Shown here piece by piece: positions 25,522-38,130 of a DNA stretch of 64,000 bases. The notes under the pieces are model-generated. The model was not told where the DNA came from and made no database searches. It worked only from the letters and a program-made list of their open reading frames with translations. Within the stretch, counting starts at the first letter, position 1. The number at the start of each line of letters is the position of its first letter. The stretch lies in assembly GCA_035084275.1 (NCBI GenBank), contig CM068742.1, positions 122,016,001 through 122,080,000 of the forward strand, in the 5' to 3' direction. Position numbers and translations under genes: made by a program. The DNA comes from Hydrolagus colliei (Eukaryota).

Positions 25522-27669
25522 GTAAATAGCATCTCTTGCAACATTTTATATTTTGGATTTTACTCCTTTCCCCGATTCATACAGTTATTTCCTTCAAATA
25601 GAATGGCCCAATATTCAAGTTTTCTTAATTCATGTGCCCGATAATAATACCTAGAAAAAAAACAATAATAAATTGATCATTTCAATTCATGACTGTTTGT
25701 GGGTCACTGCTGTGCGCAATTGGCTGTTTTTTTCCCTCACAAAATATACAGTCAATTCACTTTACAGCATACTCTGTGAAGCACTTTGAGATGTTTAGAA
25801 GATGTGAAAAGCCTATATCAAATGCAAGGATTCTTTTTCTTATTATTATCTAATGATAACACTTTTTATTATACCACGACATCCGATCCATTCTTGGTTG
25901 GTTATAACATTGTTGTACTTAGTCCCCTCTATATAGTACATCTGTCTAAATTATGTGGTGTTTGTATTATTATGTATAAAATATTCTAGAATGGTCTACT
26001 GATGTTTGTAAACCTGAATGGAAAATTTTGGGTGATCAGCTGAGAATGGTTGGTACGTTGAAGGAGTACGTATTTATCCTTTATGTCCCACATCTGTACT
26101 GGAATTTAAATACTATTCGCCAGCTTGATTTGTTGATTTATGCATTGAGATGTAACACATTATAGCAGGAATGAATGTCATATGTCATGCAATGAGAGCG
26201 AGGATCTGCATTGAGTAGAGATTAAATCATTAATCTCATAAGATTTGACCCTAATATTGTGAAACTGAGCTCACAGCATTCATTGTTCCATGCACTTCAG
26301 TGGTTTCTTGATGTCCCAGTATATTGTATGAGGGAAGTTTCTTGTTACCAGCTAAGACATAAAAGTATTTTTGTCCTTATTTTCATAAATGTAGGTGTGG
26401 ATATCCACACCCTGGCTCATACTTGTGACTGATGAAGGATTAATCAGGGTTTACTTTTGATTGTGTTAAATGCTCCAAGCACAATACAGAAATAAGTTAA
26501 GGATCCATTATTAGATTCCCTTTCAACTTCTTAAAAAGATATACATTGACTAAGGTAAATCCTAGCAATGACGAGAGAATCTGTGGATGACAATTCACCC
26601 AGCCTAGCTTGTCAGCAGGATTTAGAGGAATAGAAAGATCACTGGGACCAGGGATTCTTCCCACATGGTTCCTATTAGCTTTGGAAATCAAAAGCTAGTA
26701 GGATAGTCAGAAGTCACTCGTCAGTGTTGAAATGGTAAACTGCACAGTTTTAGATAGTTAAACTCCACCAGTGCTTACAAATATACATCTTGAGATTCAC
26801 AAGCCTTGCCTCTTTCAAATCTGTACCTAATCTTATCAAGGGCACAGTCACGTCAGTGTCCATAAACCAAGCTCTAAAAGTGTGGAGTGAATATTGTGTG
26901 ATTTTGCCAAAATGTTGTTTGTTCTAGGCATTGGGCTATGTAGTGTTGTGTTTGATCTTGACTCTTTGGAAATCACCTCACTTCAGTTTTGGAATGGGGA
27001 ATGCCATCTTAGTTTGGCTGTTAAAGTGAGACTGAAACACTGGATCTGGGTGAAACAAAGATCAAGTGTGTTGGTGACTTGCGCAACAACTACAACAACC
27101 ATTATTTGGGTGAAACAACAACAATTTTACTTATCTAATCCATTTGATATAACTTTAAATCATATAGTTGAAGTGCAGTGTTGAGTTTTCATCCTTCGAA
27201 TGAGACATTAAACTGAGGTCCTGCCAGCCTGTTCAGGTGGACGTTAAACATCCTATGGCATTATTGAAAAAGAGAAGGGAGTTTTTGTTGGTGTCTTGGC
27301 CAAAAATGTGGTCACTTACCACATGTTTGTGGGACATTGCTTGCGCAAACTGGCTCCCGCATTTCGCCCACAAATACACAGTCAATCCACTTTACAGTAT
27401 ATCTTGTGAAGTAGCTTGAGATGTCCCAATGTCATGAGGCGGTATATCAAATTGTAGGTTATTATTATTATAATGTCTCAATGCATTTTGTAGGGATGAT
27501 GTGGAAACCTGAGCACGGGTGGGGCAGTAGGGTGTTGAAAGAAATCACAAAAGATATGGATAAAGAGGTAGATTTTTTTTTAAAGGGTTATGGAGACAAG
27601 AATCATAGAATCCTAGAATCTTTAAAGTTTAATATAGTTCACTACATCCACTATCCATGGATATAGACT

Positions 27670-28390
27670 CCATCTTACTGAGTCGGTCTGGAACTTTGAA
27701 GTCTTGTTTGACCCTCAACTGTTTTTTCTATCCCACTTCCGTGCCATTCTCTGCCTTCCCCCACCTCCGCAACATTGCCTAACTCTGCCACTGCCTTTCC
27801 CGTTGGGCTACCAAAACTCTCATCCACACATTTATTACATTCAGCTAGACCAACTCTCTGCTTCGAACTTCACAACTCTTCCCTCCACAAGCTGCAGATC
27901 CAGAACTCTGCAGCTTGTGGCCCTTCCCACACCAGTCTCCATGACCTACCATCCCCATCCTCGCTTGGCTCCATTTGCTCCCCAAATCCTGGAGGATAGG
28001 ATCAAAATCTTTGTTCTTTCCTTCAAACCCCTCTCAAGGTCTTGCTCCTTCCTACTTCTGTGACATGCTTACGCCATATTAACCTGTTTGCTCCCTCCTC
28101 TGAGCCTGCTCCATGTCCCCCATCTGGCCTGCCGCACCACCAGCATCTCTGCCCCACCCTTTGGAACTCCATTCTACAGTTCCTTCACCTTGCCTTCTCC
28201 CTTGCCTCATTCAAGGCATGCCTCAAGACCCTTATCTTCGACCACACCTTGCCAACTCTCCTACCTCTTCCAGCCCTCCACCCCTTCTAATCCCAAACCC
28301 CTGCTCGGATCCAAATCCCTGAATATCCAATGCCCGAGGACGTATTCCTGACGTGGAAGGAGCTATACAAATGAAATTTGTTGTTGTTAA
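27670..28390 (+). mobile_element. Degenerate L2 3' fragment
   Basis: PTLWNSI...LASFKACLKTLIFD remnant ending in a gttgttgtt tail. Confidence 0.8.
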
Positions 28391-28517
28391 CAGTGTTTGA
28401 CAGTTCTATATTCCCAGATCATTCTCGACTCCAAATTCTGCACAAAATATTAAGAAAAGGCAAAATTCTAGATTCAAATGGACTCTCCCCACTAATATCC
28501 TTCACTTTTTTTTGCAG

Positions 28518-28644
28518 ACCCTACAACAGTTGAAATTCCTGAGGCTGCAAAGGTCATAGGATCAAAATGCCCTTTGGAAATGGAAACGTATTGTTATAAT
28601 GGAGAGTGCATACATATTGAAAGTGACAATATATCTTTCTGCAA
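28518..28644 (+). CDS. EREG: Epiregulin exon 3 (EGF domain C1-C4)
   Basis: ttttttttgcag|...AA|gtaagt, 127 nt. Reads (D)PTTVEIPEAAKVIGSKCPLEMETYCYNGECIHIESDNISFC(K), with CX7CX4CX10C spacing. Confidence 0.93.
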
Positions 28645-30118
28645 GTAAGTACACTCCTGCCTGTACTGCAATCATCTATAGGAGCTCTTTTAAACTGTTT
28701 GATGTATATGTCTGTGCAGTTCTCTTACATTGTGTGAGGGAGTTTCTCCTAAAATCGATCCATCCCACAGTCCCTTCCCTATACTTCACCCCCTCTGTTG
28801 CCGCCTTGAATGCCCAACTCAAGACCCTCTTGTTTCACCGAACCGTCGATTTCCCCCTCCCCACCCCCTCCCCCAGCTCCCTAACCACCCTATCCTTGCT
28901 GCCCTCCATTCCTACTGATCTAACCCCTTGCTCGGGTCCAAATCCCTGACTATCCACCGCCTTGGGATGACCTCCTGACCTGTCACTCATAATATGACTG
29001 TGGGACATTGCTATGTGCCACTGGCTTCTGCATATCTCACAAAAAAATACAATCTATCCACTTTACAGTATATCCTGTGAAGTTCTTCAAGACGTCTCAA
29101 TGACATAAGGCGCTATATCGAATGCTAGGATTAATATTATTTTTACATATACACATAACCTTTAGTATTGCATGTATTAGGATTACAGAATGTAATCATA
29201 TCACCTTTGCACAGAGATGTGCAAATCTCATTTTGAAGAATGAGTTGCGAAGATGCCTTCCTGACATCAGCGACATGGTATCCTCAAAGGATAGAAGATG
29301 TTCTCAGGAATGCCTTTGATAGAAACTAATTTTCTTATTATTTTTCCCCCCAAAGACTCCTTTTAATTTCATTGAGATGTAGAATCTGTGCGTACGTGTA
29401 TGTATAACCTATAGGAGATCCCCATTATAACACATGACTAAGGTTAATACAGTGACCACTGAATCCATAAATCCAAGGATAATAATAATAATTCTTACAT
29501 TTAGTCCTTTCATATTTGGAAAATGTCTGAAAGCACTTCACAGGATTGTACTGCAAAGTTGAGTGACTGTATTTTACAAGTGAACATGGCAGGCAATTTG
29601 CTCACAGCAGTGCCTCAGCTGCAAAATGTATGACCTAGGGAGAAATGTACTAGGGAGAAGGATGACAGTAATGGGAAGTGTTGGCTCAGACTCCACATCT
29701 TTCCACAGATGTTGGAGGCAACGTGTACTAAGGATGTTTTGTTGCAGATCAATGCTGTCTGTCCAGCTTATGACTGTGTGTGGTACTCATGGATCCAGAC
29801 ATCAGTGTATTAACCAGTGTATTAACCATGTTGGTGGGAAAATATTGTCCAAGATTCACTGGGGGTAAAATGTGCAGCATTTTTGTAGCATATGATGAAC
29901 ATGTTCCAAAATGTGTATGAACATGACATAAAAGATCACAAACTTCATCTCGCTGGATACCAACTGTTCTGCTGCCTTTCTGTGATACTACATCAGCACA
30001 GAACCCAATGGCTGCAAATCCCCAAACATGTTATTGGCGCTGGCAAAATGAGCATTTGTGGCATTGGTGTGACAGATGTCCATTCAGGCAACTACAACCC
30101 TGTATTTTGTTTCTCCAG

Positions 30119-30265
30119 GTGTGATAAAGGTTATTTTGGTAACAGGTGTATGCACATTGAACTGGTGAGGCAACCCCTGACTGAAGAGGATGTAGCGCTG
30201 GCTGTGGCTGTGTCCTTCCTGGTTCTAATTGGCGTATTGATTGCCACTTGGTTAATCTACATAAG
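30119..30265 (+). CDS. EREG: Epiregulin exon 4 (EGF C5-C6, stalk, transmembrane helix)
   Basis: ttctccag|G...AG|gtattt, 147 nt. Reads CDKGYFGNRCMHIELVRQPLTEEDVALAVAVSFLVLIGVLIATWLIYI(R); compare human QPLSKEYVALTV. Confidence 0.95.
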
Positions 30266-31104
30266 GTATTTAAATACAAATTTGCAATCTTCAAAATTTC
30301 AGAACATATTTATGTTTCTATTCAAAGTACTGTGAACAAGTTGATCCCATTATAAAAATGATGCATGTGTGTGTGTATATCTGGGTATATAAAAACATAA
30401 AAGTGCAATCTCTATAGAAACCTTGTTAAGTGATTGTTATGGTACTTTACTGCTATGTATTTGAATTTGAGGGTAAATTTGGATAAGGACAGGAGTATCA
30501 GACATGATAGCTGGAATGCTACAAAATAAAAAAAAACCTTTATCCAATTCTCTCAGAAACTTGGTTCAACATTTTGTTGTATCAATCCTTCATTGAGAAA
30601 ATATGAACCACTTTATAACCTTACTCGTCAGGTACAAATCCACTGACGACATGTCAACTAAATTCACTGATGATTTAAGTCAACTTATTTTGCTAAATAT
30701 ATGAATAGATATTGTATTAAAACCTACAAATGAAAAGGTAAGATTTTCAAAATGTTTGTATACCTGTTCCTCATCCAAATTTATGCTCAAATTCACATGG
30801 TTACTTGTCTCATTATTTATGAGATGTTTCCCGTGCAGATTAAGCTGCTTTCATGTAACAATATTGACTAACTTTTTGATACACGTTATTTTGTAAAGTG
30901 CTTCAAGCTGTTTGTTTTACATGAAAGACTCAATGTTGACACAAGTTACTTTTCTTATTATCCAGCACTGGACTGGTATGAGCAGGAGAAGAAGGGCTGG
31001 GTTGGGAGGCTCTTGCGCATTGTGATGGGTTCCAATGTGTGTCGGACACCTCACTGAACAACACAGAAATGAATGGTTAATTTATACAAAGTTTTACATT
31101 ACAG

Positions 31105-31228
31105 GTGCAAGAAGAGCAGATCGAAACCAGAATATACAGGAGTTACAACAACAACGTCAAATTGTATTTATATAGCTCCTATCAAATCGGGAGGGAATTC
31201 CAATGAAAACTGCCTGCTAAGTATCTGA
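31105..31228 (+). CDS. EREG: Epiregulin exon 5 coding part (cytoplasmic tail)
   Basis: ttacattacag|G, reads CKKSRSKPEYTGVTTTTSNCIYIAPIKSGGNSNENCLLSI*. The start resembles human RKSKEPKKEYERV. Spliced CDS totals 528 nt, 175 aa. Confidence 0.8.
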
Positions 31229-33460
31229 ATATACTGCAGATTTACTTCAAATTGAAGTCAAACTTTGGCAACCTTCACTCATCTCAAAAATGGTCATTGT
31301 GTTTAAAGTAATAATGATAACATGGGACTTGTTTAGCTAGGACCTCACTATCTGTTAGAGCTTTGGCTTGCAGGGCTGAGGATATATCTGCATTCAGTTT
31401 TGTCAGATATGTCTTTTCAGAGCTGCTTAATCTCAACAGGTCTTGCTTTAAACCTATATTTTGGACTCATTTAGACCATGGTTTAAGATCATTATATTAT
31501 CCTCAAAAAGGAGGATGGGCTGAGGGATATTGTGGCTCCAAATCAAGCAAAGGAGATGAAGATGATAAGAGTGCTGGTCAGGTTATGGTATAGACAAGTC
31601 AATACAGCACATGAAAAATGCTATTGAAGTAATAAAATATTTACACGTATATTAATTTGGCCTCAATATTGTTTGGATGGACATAACAGGGACAGAAATG
31701 GCCCATCAAGACTGCACTGGCGGAGTCATTCATTCATACCCGTGATTTATCTACATACCTCTGCCCTATCCCCAAACCACGTACCATATTCCTATGTGCC
31801 TTACCCTATCCCCTTGTCCCTTTTGGAGCCAAATGATTCATGTTAACTAACATTATCATGTAGGTTGAAAGCAGTAAAGTGCAACATTGCTCCTATTTGA
31901 AATCCGGCCCATTTGAAACTGTTATCCTGTAAAAACTCGAATCAATCTCATGAGTGGGTGATATAGCTAACAATACCCATGATATGTACTCATGAGCAAT
32001 CATATCCTTACACAAACTGAGTGGTAAAGCTGGTTACAGATTACTTTGCTCCTGCTACATATTGTATTAGATTTGACAAGTCCTATGTGCTTTGTAATTT
32101 AGTTTGTAACTGCTATCTGACAAGCTAAGTTAATATCAATGAGAAGGGAAAAAAATACCAAGTTCTTCTGTGAGGGGATCAGCTTGTACCATGGAAAATG
32201 TTTGTAACATATTTATTTATAGGAATATATTTATAAGGTTTAGTAGTAACTGTTTAAATTGCCTGCTTGTAATGGGAACACATGCGTTTTTGTCACAGAC
32301 ATGGACCCAGTAGAGGGCGATGTTTGACTGATCCTGTGACTAGCACAATAAAGCTTGTAGCCGGTAGAATATTCAGTTTGATTATATTTGGGATAAATCT
32401 CTACTATTTATGTTGGTTGTACTAAGTCACTTATCAGCTATAAGTTATAACTATTAAGTTGTATTCAGAGCCACTCAGAACCGTCAACTAAATCCAGTGC
32501 TCCCCTGAAGTGTACCGTGATATTTAAATGAATGATTGACAGTATAGGATATTTATAGGTCAATGCTAAGTGTGATTTAACTGCGGTGTTCTGGATAGGA
32601 TTAATTCACCGCACACATTACAAATACCACTAATTCTAAGACAAGTTCTTCCTCACAACGTTTTGCCATTTTATCAACTTTTTGGTAAGATTGGCAGCAG
32701 AATCTGTCCCTCACCAGAAAGGGCAATCAAACAGAAACAATATGCACTTAGATACCACTGTTTCAATATTAAAAATCTCTTAATTGGCAAGATGAGAGAC
32801 CTACATTTAAAAAATATTGTTTTATAGATATTAATAAAGGAAAAAAAAAGAGATTTTTGATAATACATCTGACGACTTTTGTATTTCAGAATTGTTTTTC
32901 TATTCATACATGTTACTATTTTCTATTGAAAAACAGTTTTCAGTTATTCTGGTTTAAAGCAGCAAAAGTATCCATGTAGAAATATGATGCCGCTATAGAA
33001 GTACGGTATATTGAAGAGGGAGAATAATGGAATAAAACTTTAATATAATGCCTTATCATGTCATTGAAACATCTCACAGTGTTTCACAGGACTTACTATA
33101 AAGTGTAATGACTGTCTTTGTAGTTGAATATATTGCTGGCTTTGCAGGAAGCAAAACTGGGCAGTTTCAGGATAGTTCAATAGAACATTGATATCCAGCC
33201 ATATTGCGCCTTATAGCAAAACAGCAGATTATTAGCAGAATATGGTAAAGCATTCTCGTATCTCATGTGCTTATTCAATCTGCTGCCCCAGAATCATTGG
33301 TCATTTCATTGTTATTGTGCTACCGATATATTGTTTGTCGGAGGATTTGACAGTGTATTATATGAATGGAGTGAATGGTAGATTTTCATGTTACAAAGTT
33401 TCTGAATTTGCATTTCACAACTTGAAACTGTTCAGCAATAAATCTGCTTATTATAAGATG
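31229..33460 (+). other. EREG: Putative long EREG 3'UTR with AU-rich elements and alternative poly(A) signals
   Basis: Repeat-poor AT-rich tract; ATTTATTTA near 32212; AATAAA at 32347, 33031 and 33437, the last followed by GT-rich sequence. Confidence 0.45.
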
Positions 33461-34889
33461 TCTGTTTGATGCTGTATGTTAAATACTGAACACAACCTTG
33501 GAGAGCACATACTGTGATGAGCAAAACGGTTGGATTAAGACTAAACCTGGTAAAACTCAGTGTTAAACATAAAGAACCTCAAAAGCAAGCAAAAGTGGTT
33601 AATGCAACCACTTTTGGAAGAACAAACAGATCACCTTTATTGAGCCAACAGCACAATAAAATAAATGCAACCATGTATAGATGGTACCCAGAGTAAGGGG
33701 TATCAGCTCCTCTCAAGGCTCAGTGTTCCTTCCTAGGTTACTCCCTAAAACCATCTTGCAGGCTTCCCCTTTGTGGTAGTGCCTGGATTTTCCCACTGTG
33801 AGTGTTCTCCAGGTTACTGAAGGATGATTGTTTTTGTTCTTCTCGGTGGAATCATAGCTCCTGTTAGTTGTGACTCTCAGATTCATGGATTGTCTTTGTA
33901 CAAGGTTTAACCAAACCCTTCCCCTCTCATACCCCCAACACATTACAATACTTTGGACACAGTTTCCATTCACTTATCTCTGGTACCTGAGTTTCAATTA
34001 ATGGCACAATAGTCTCTTTTGTTTGTTGTCGGGAGCCTACAGGAAAATAGTTTGGGCTGTCTCAAACGTTTTACAATGGGGGTGGTGGGAGGCAGGGGTA
34101 GGGGGTGGGGGGGATGTCCTGAATTTTGGATTAATTGATTATCTGAAACATAACTGATGCAGGAATTTTAAAAAACATCAAATGATTGCAATAGGATGTC
34201 CTGTTCTAAAAACATAATATATAGTTCACTATATATGATAGGCTCCAATGTTGCTTTTGGACTACCCAAAATACAATACAAATGTATATTCATACAGCAC
34301 CTTTCACATTGGGATAACATCCCTAAGCAATGAACAGCCTAAAGTTTGAATCTGAACTGGTGAAAGGTGGAGGATAAGAGAGTGTTGGAGAAGGGGAGCA
34401 GAATGCAGAGGAAGTCAAAGAGGAAGGGGAGGTGTTAGTACAAGGGATTCCATGATAGAGTTCCAGAGAGTGGGGGTAGATATTCTGGAAGCCCGACTAC
34501 CAATACCTAAATACCATAGAAACCACCCAAGGAATGTCAGGACATCTAGAGTTGTGGAATTGCAGAAACAAATATGAAATACACAGGCAACTATTATGAT
34601 GATATGATTTTCTATATTTTCTGAATTATTTGTCCGGAGGCAAGTGATTCAGAAAATATAGAAAATTATCAAAACATGAAGTTCACCCTCACACACTATC
34701 TCTTGGTGGAAGATTCTTAACAGCAGCTACCAATCCTCAAAGGTAAAGAAAATTAATTCACTCTAATATTGAAACCTGGCCTCTTTCCTTATACAAAATA
34801 CAGATGCCAATAGCATATACGACATATTATCCCATCAAGTGCATTTATTCATCTCATACTCACTGAACAAATGCACAATCTAAGTACAG

Positions 34890-37512
34890 TACAGTATTCT
34901 GTTCGATACCCGGCTCTTTTCACTCTCAGATCCAGTCCCTGACCAGGACCACCTTCTTCCACCTCTGCCACATTCCCCACCTCCGACTGTACCTAACCCC
35001 AAATGCAGTCGAATCTCTCATGCATTTGTTTGTAACCTTCCACTTGGATTACTCTAACACATTCCTCACCGGTCTCCCCAGTTCCACTATTCAGAGGATC
35101 CAGCTCATTCAGAACTCTGCCATCCACATACTGACCTGGACCGAACTCCATACCCACATCTCACAAGTTCTGTCCAGGCTCTACTGGCTCCTCATCAGCG
35201 AATGGATCGACATCAAGAACCTCACACTCATGTTCAAATCCACTCACATCCTGGCACATCCCTACCTCACTGACCTCCTCACTCCACAATCCTCCCTCCA
35301 CCTTGCACTTGACTGGCACCAGCCTCCTACTCATCCCTCGCACCCTACGCCCCAACATTGGAGGTCACGCTTTCAGCCATTTTACTCCAAAACTCTGGCA
35401 CACTCTCCCTCAATCCCTCCACGTTGCCCCCTCTCTCCCCTTTTTCAAGTCCCACCTGAAAACCTTCCTCTTCGGTCATCTCCACCACTGTGAAGTGCTT
35501 TGAGATGCAACCCTGCATGGCGGGTGCGATATAAGTGCAAGTAGATGTTGATGTGTCTGCACCAATCTCATCCTCCAATAGTAATTCCCAAAAAGTTAAT
35601 ATTCATTCCCTTTTTTGAAAGAGTTGATTGGTGCAGCATGAACTGCTTTTTGCTAAGTGTCTGTTCTGTAGGACAATAAAGTATGACTAGAAATTCCACC
35701 CAGCCATAGTTTAGTCTGTGAGACCTTGTGAATCTTCTAAATCTTCTAAATTGTAAACCTTGTAAATTGAATCTCAACTTTATACTTTTAAAAAAAGAAC
35801 TGAGGAAAACATGTTTCTATTTAAGGCTGAATTTTTGCAGACTTAGATTAATTTCAGCCTCTATCACCAGCTCTGGTTCAGATCTTTTAAGTTTAAACTT
35901 TGACCCATTGACACCCCCTTCCCTCTATTCCCACCCAATTCTGTCTCTCTGCCTCCAACCTCAATTCCAAGAAAACTGGTAGTCTGACAGGCTGTCAGAC
36001 ATCAAATCTTGAATGAGATCCAACCTTCTGCTGCTGAATATCAGCAAGACTGAGGCCCTCCTGATTGGCTCGTGCCAGCAGCACCGCACCTCAAGCACTG
36101 ATAGCATTCAGTATCCATGGATCCACACTCCACCTCACCTAAGCCAGCCATGAACCTGGGCATCTTGTTCGACCCACAACTGTTCTTTCTCCCATATATT
36201 CATGTTATGATCAGCATTACTTTCCACCACCTCTGCAATGTTGTCTGACTGCTACTGCCGCACCCCCCAGGCCGCTGTAACCCTCATACATGCATTTGTC
36301 ACCTCAAGGCTCAACTACTGAAACTCCCTCTTTGTCAACCAACCCAACGTTTCCCTCCACAAGCTGCAAATCATCCAGAACTATCCCAGGCTCTGTGACC
36401 CCATCACCCCCACTAGCTCGGCTCCATTGGCTCTCCATCCCTCAGAGGATAAAATCAAGATCCTTGTCCTCACTTTCAAGCCCTCCATGGCCTTGCCTCC
36501 TCCTACCTTTCTGACTTGCTGACCCACTATCAACCTGTCTGTTCCCTCCATTCAGCAGGCTCTGGCCTCCCTTGCCTCCTTCAAGTCACGACTCAAAACC
36601 CTTCTTTTTGACCATGACTTCAGCCGACCTCCTACTTCTCTACCCACCCTCAACCTGATCCTGACTGTTCAGTGCCTTGGGACATCCTTCCTACATAAAA
36701 AGCACTTTACAAATGTAATATTGTTGCTATTGTTTCCCCTACATACTCTGTCATCTAAATGCCTGTTCAGCACAATTTTTCTCTGAGAAGGCTATTGCCC
36801 TAAATGTGGGATGGATAAAGTTACAGCTAAAAGACTAGTAGATGTGCATGCATTTCACAGTGGTCAAGTCACTGGGAGAAACTCTACTCTTTTCCAGTAG
36901 TACCATGTGATCTTTGACATCTCCATGAACAGGCAGATGGAACCTCGATTTGATGTTTCATCCAAAATATTTGCTTTGGATTGCCCAGCCTCTTGAACCC
37001 CTCCTCACACAAGCTGGAGATAACCCAGAACTCTGACACGCATGCCTTCCTTAGCACCAACTTCACAAGTCTATCAACCCCATCCTTGCTTGTCTGCACT
37101 GGCTCCCCATTCTCCAGCAGATCAGATTCAACATCCTTGCACTCACATTCAAATCTCTACACAGCTTTGCTGCTCCCTATCTTTATGACTTACTGCAACC
37201 TTTTCACCCTGACTGCTCCCTTCAATCAGCAGTTCCAGCCTGCTTCGTGTCCCTTGTCTGAACGCCTCACCATCAATGGGGTGAACTTTCTGTCATTCTG
37301 TCACCACTTTCCATCCTGGATTTCCTCTGCCTTGCCCCCTCGCTTTAAAGGTAACTTGGAGATCTTACTGTTTGACCAAGCATTTGGACACTTGTTCCTC
37401 CCTCCTTCCTTCAATCATCGCACCCCAGTTTAGGCTTCCAGTTGGCTCTGTGGACTTTGAAACATCGTCCTGACATGACAAGCACTAATCAAGTTTAAAA
37501 TTGTTGTTGTTG
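34890..37512 (+). mobile_element. Cluster of three degenerate L2 3' fragments (~34890-35555, 35985-36730, 36975-37512)
   Basis: Remnant peptides HLFVTFHLDYSN...IQLIQNSA, RPNIGGHAFS...LKTFLF and HKLEITQNS; gttgttg tails. Confidence 0.8.
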
Positions 37513-38130
37513 TAACTCCATATACGTGCTATCCTCAGTCTCAGAGAGTACTTCTATTGCAAAAGTCTGGAATTTCTATTCCCACATCCTTGTGGCTCTC
37601 TTAAAAGAGGGTAATAGCCCATTTACTAGCAATTACTGATGAATAATGTACTTTGGATTCCTACCCACAAGAAACTATTTTGTAATGTCTAAACGCACAT
37701 CATACTAAACCCCTACAAAGGATAGAGAACCTTTCATCTCATTAATCTGGGCTGGATTATTTTTGTGGTAACTCAGGTCACCAATTGAGAGGACAGATGT
37801 TTATTTTCTTAATATCTGTGCAAAGGTACATAAACAAAGACAACAGGTTGACATTAAGAATTTACTTCTAGGTTGTCAGGAGATCTGAGAATTTTTTGCG
37901 ACCAAAGTATGGTGGAATGCAAAGGTCTATGAAAAAATAAATGAGTAAGAATTAAGAATTAAAGATTTTAAATCAACACAAAACATATTTTGGAGAATAA
38001 ATCCTCTCTCTTCATAATGTTTAAATAACTAGAAGACAGCAGAAAGAACTAGAAAAGATTATCATTCCTACATAGGTATTTCAACAAAGACCTTGAACAC
38101 TGTTAGCCTGATTATGAACTCATGTTACTA

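Noticed and set aside
29892-30335. 147-aa ORF as a single-exon gene
   Set aside because: Only 30119-30265 is bounded by splice sites and EGF/TM-like; the flanks are intronic read-through.
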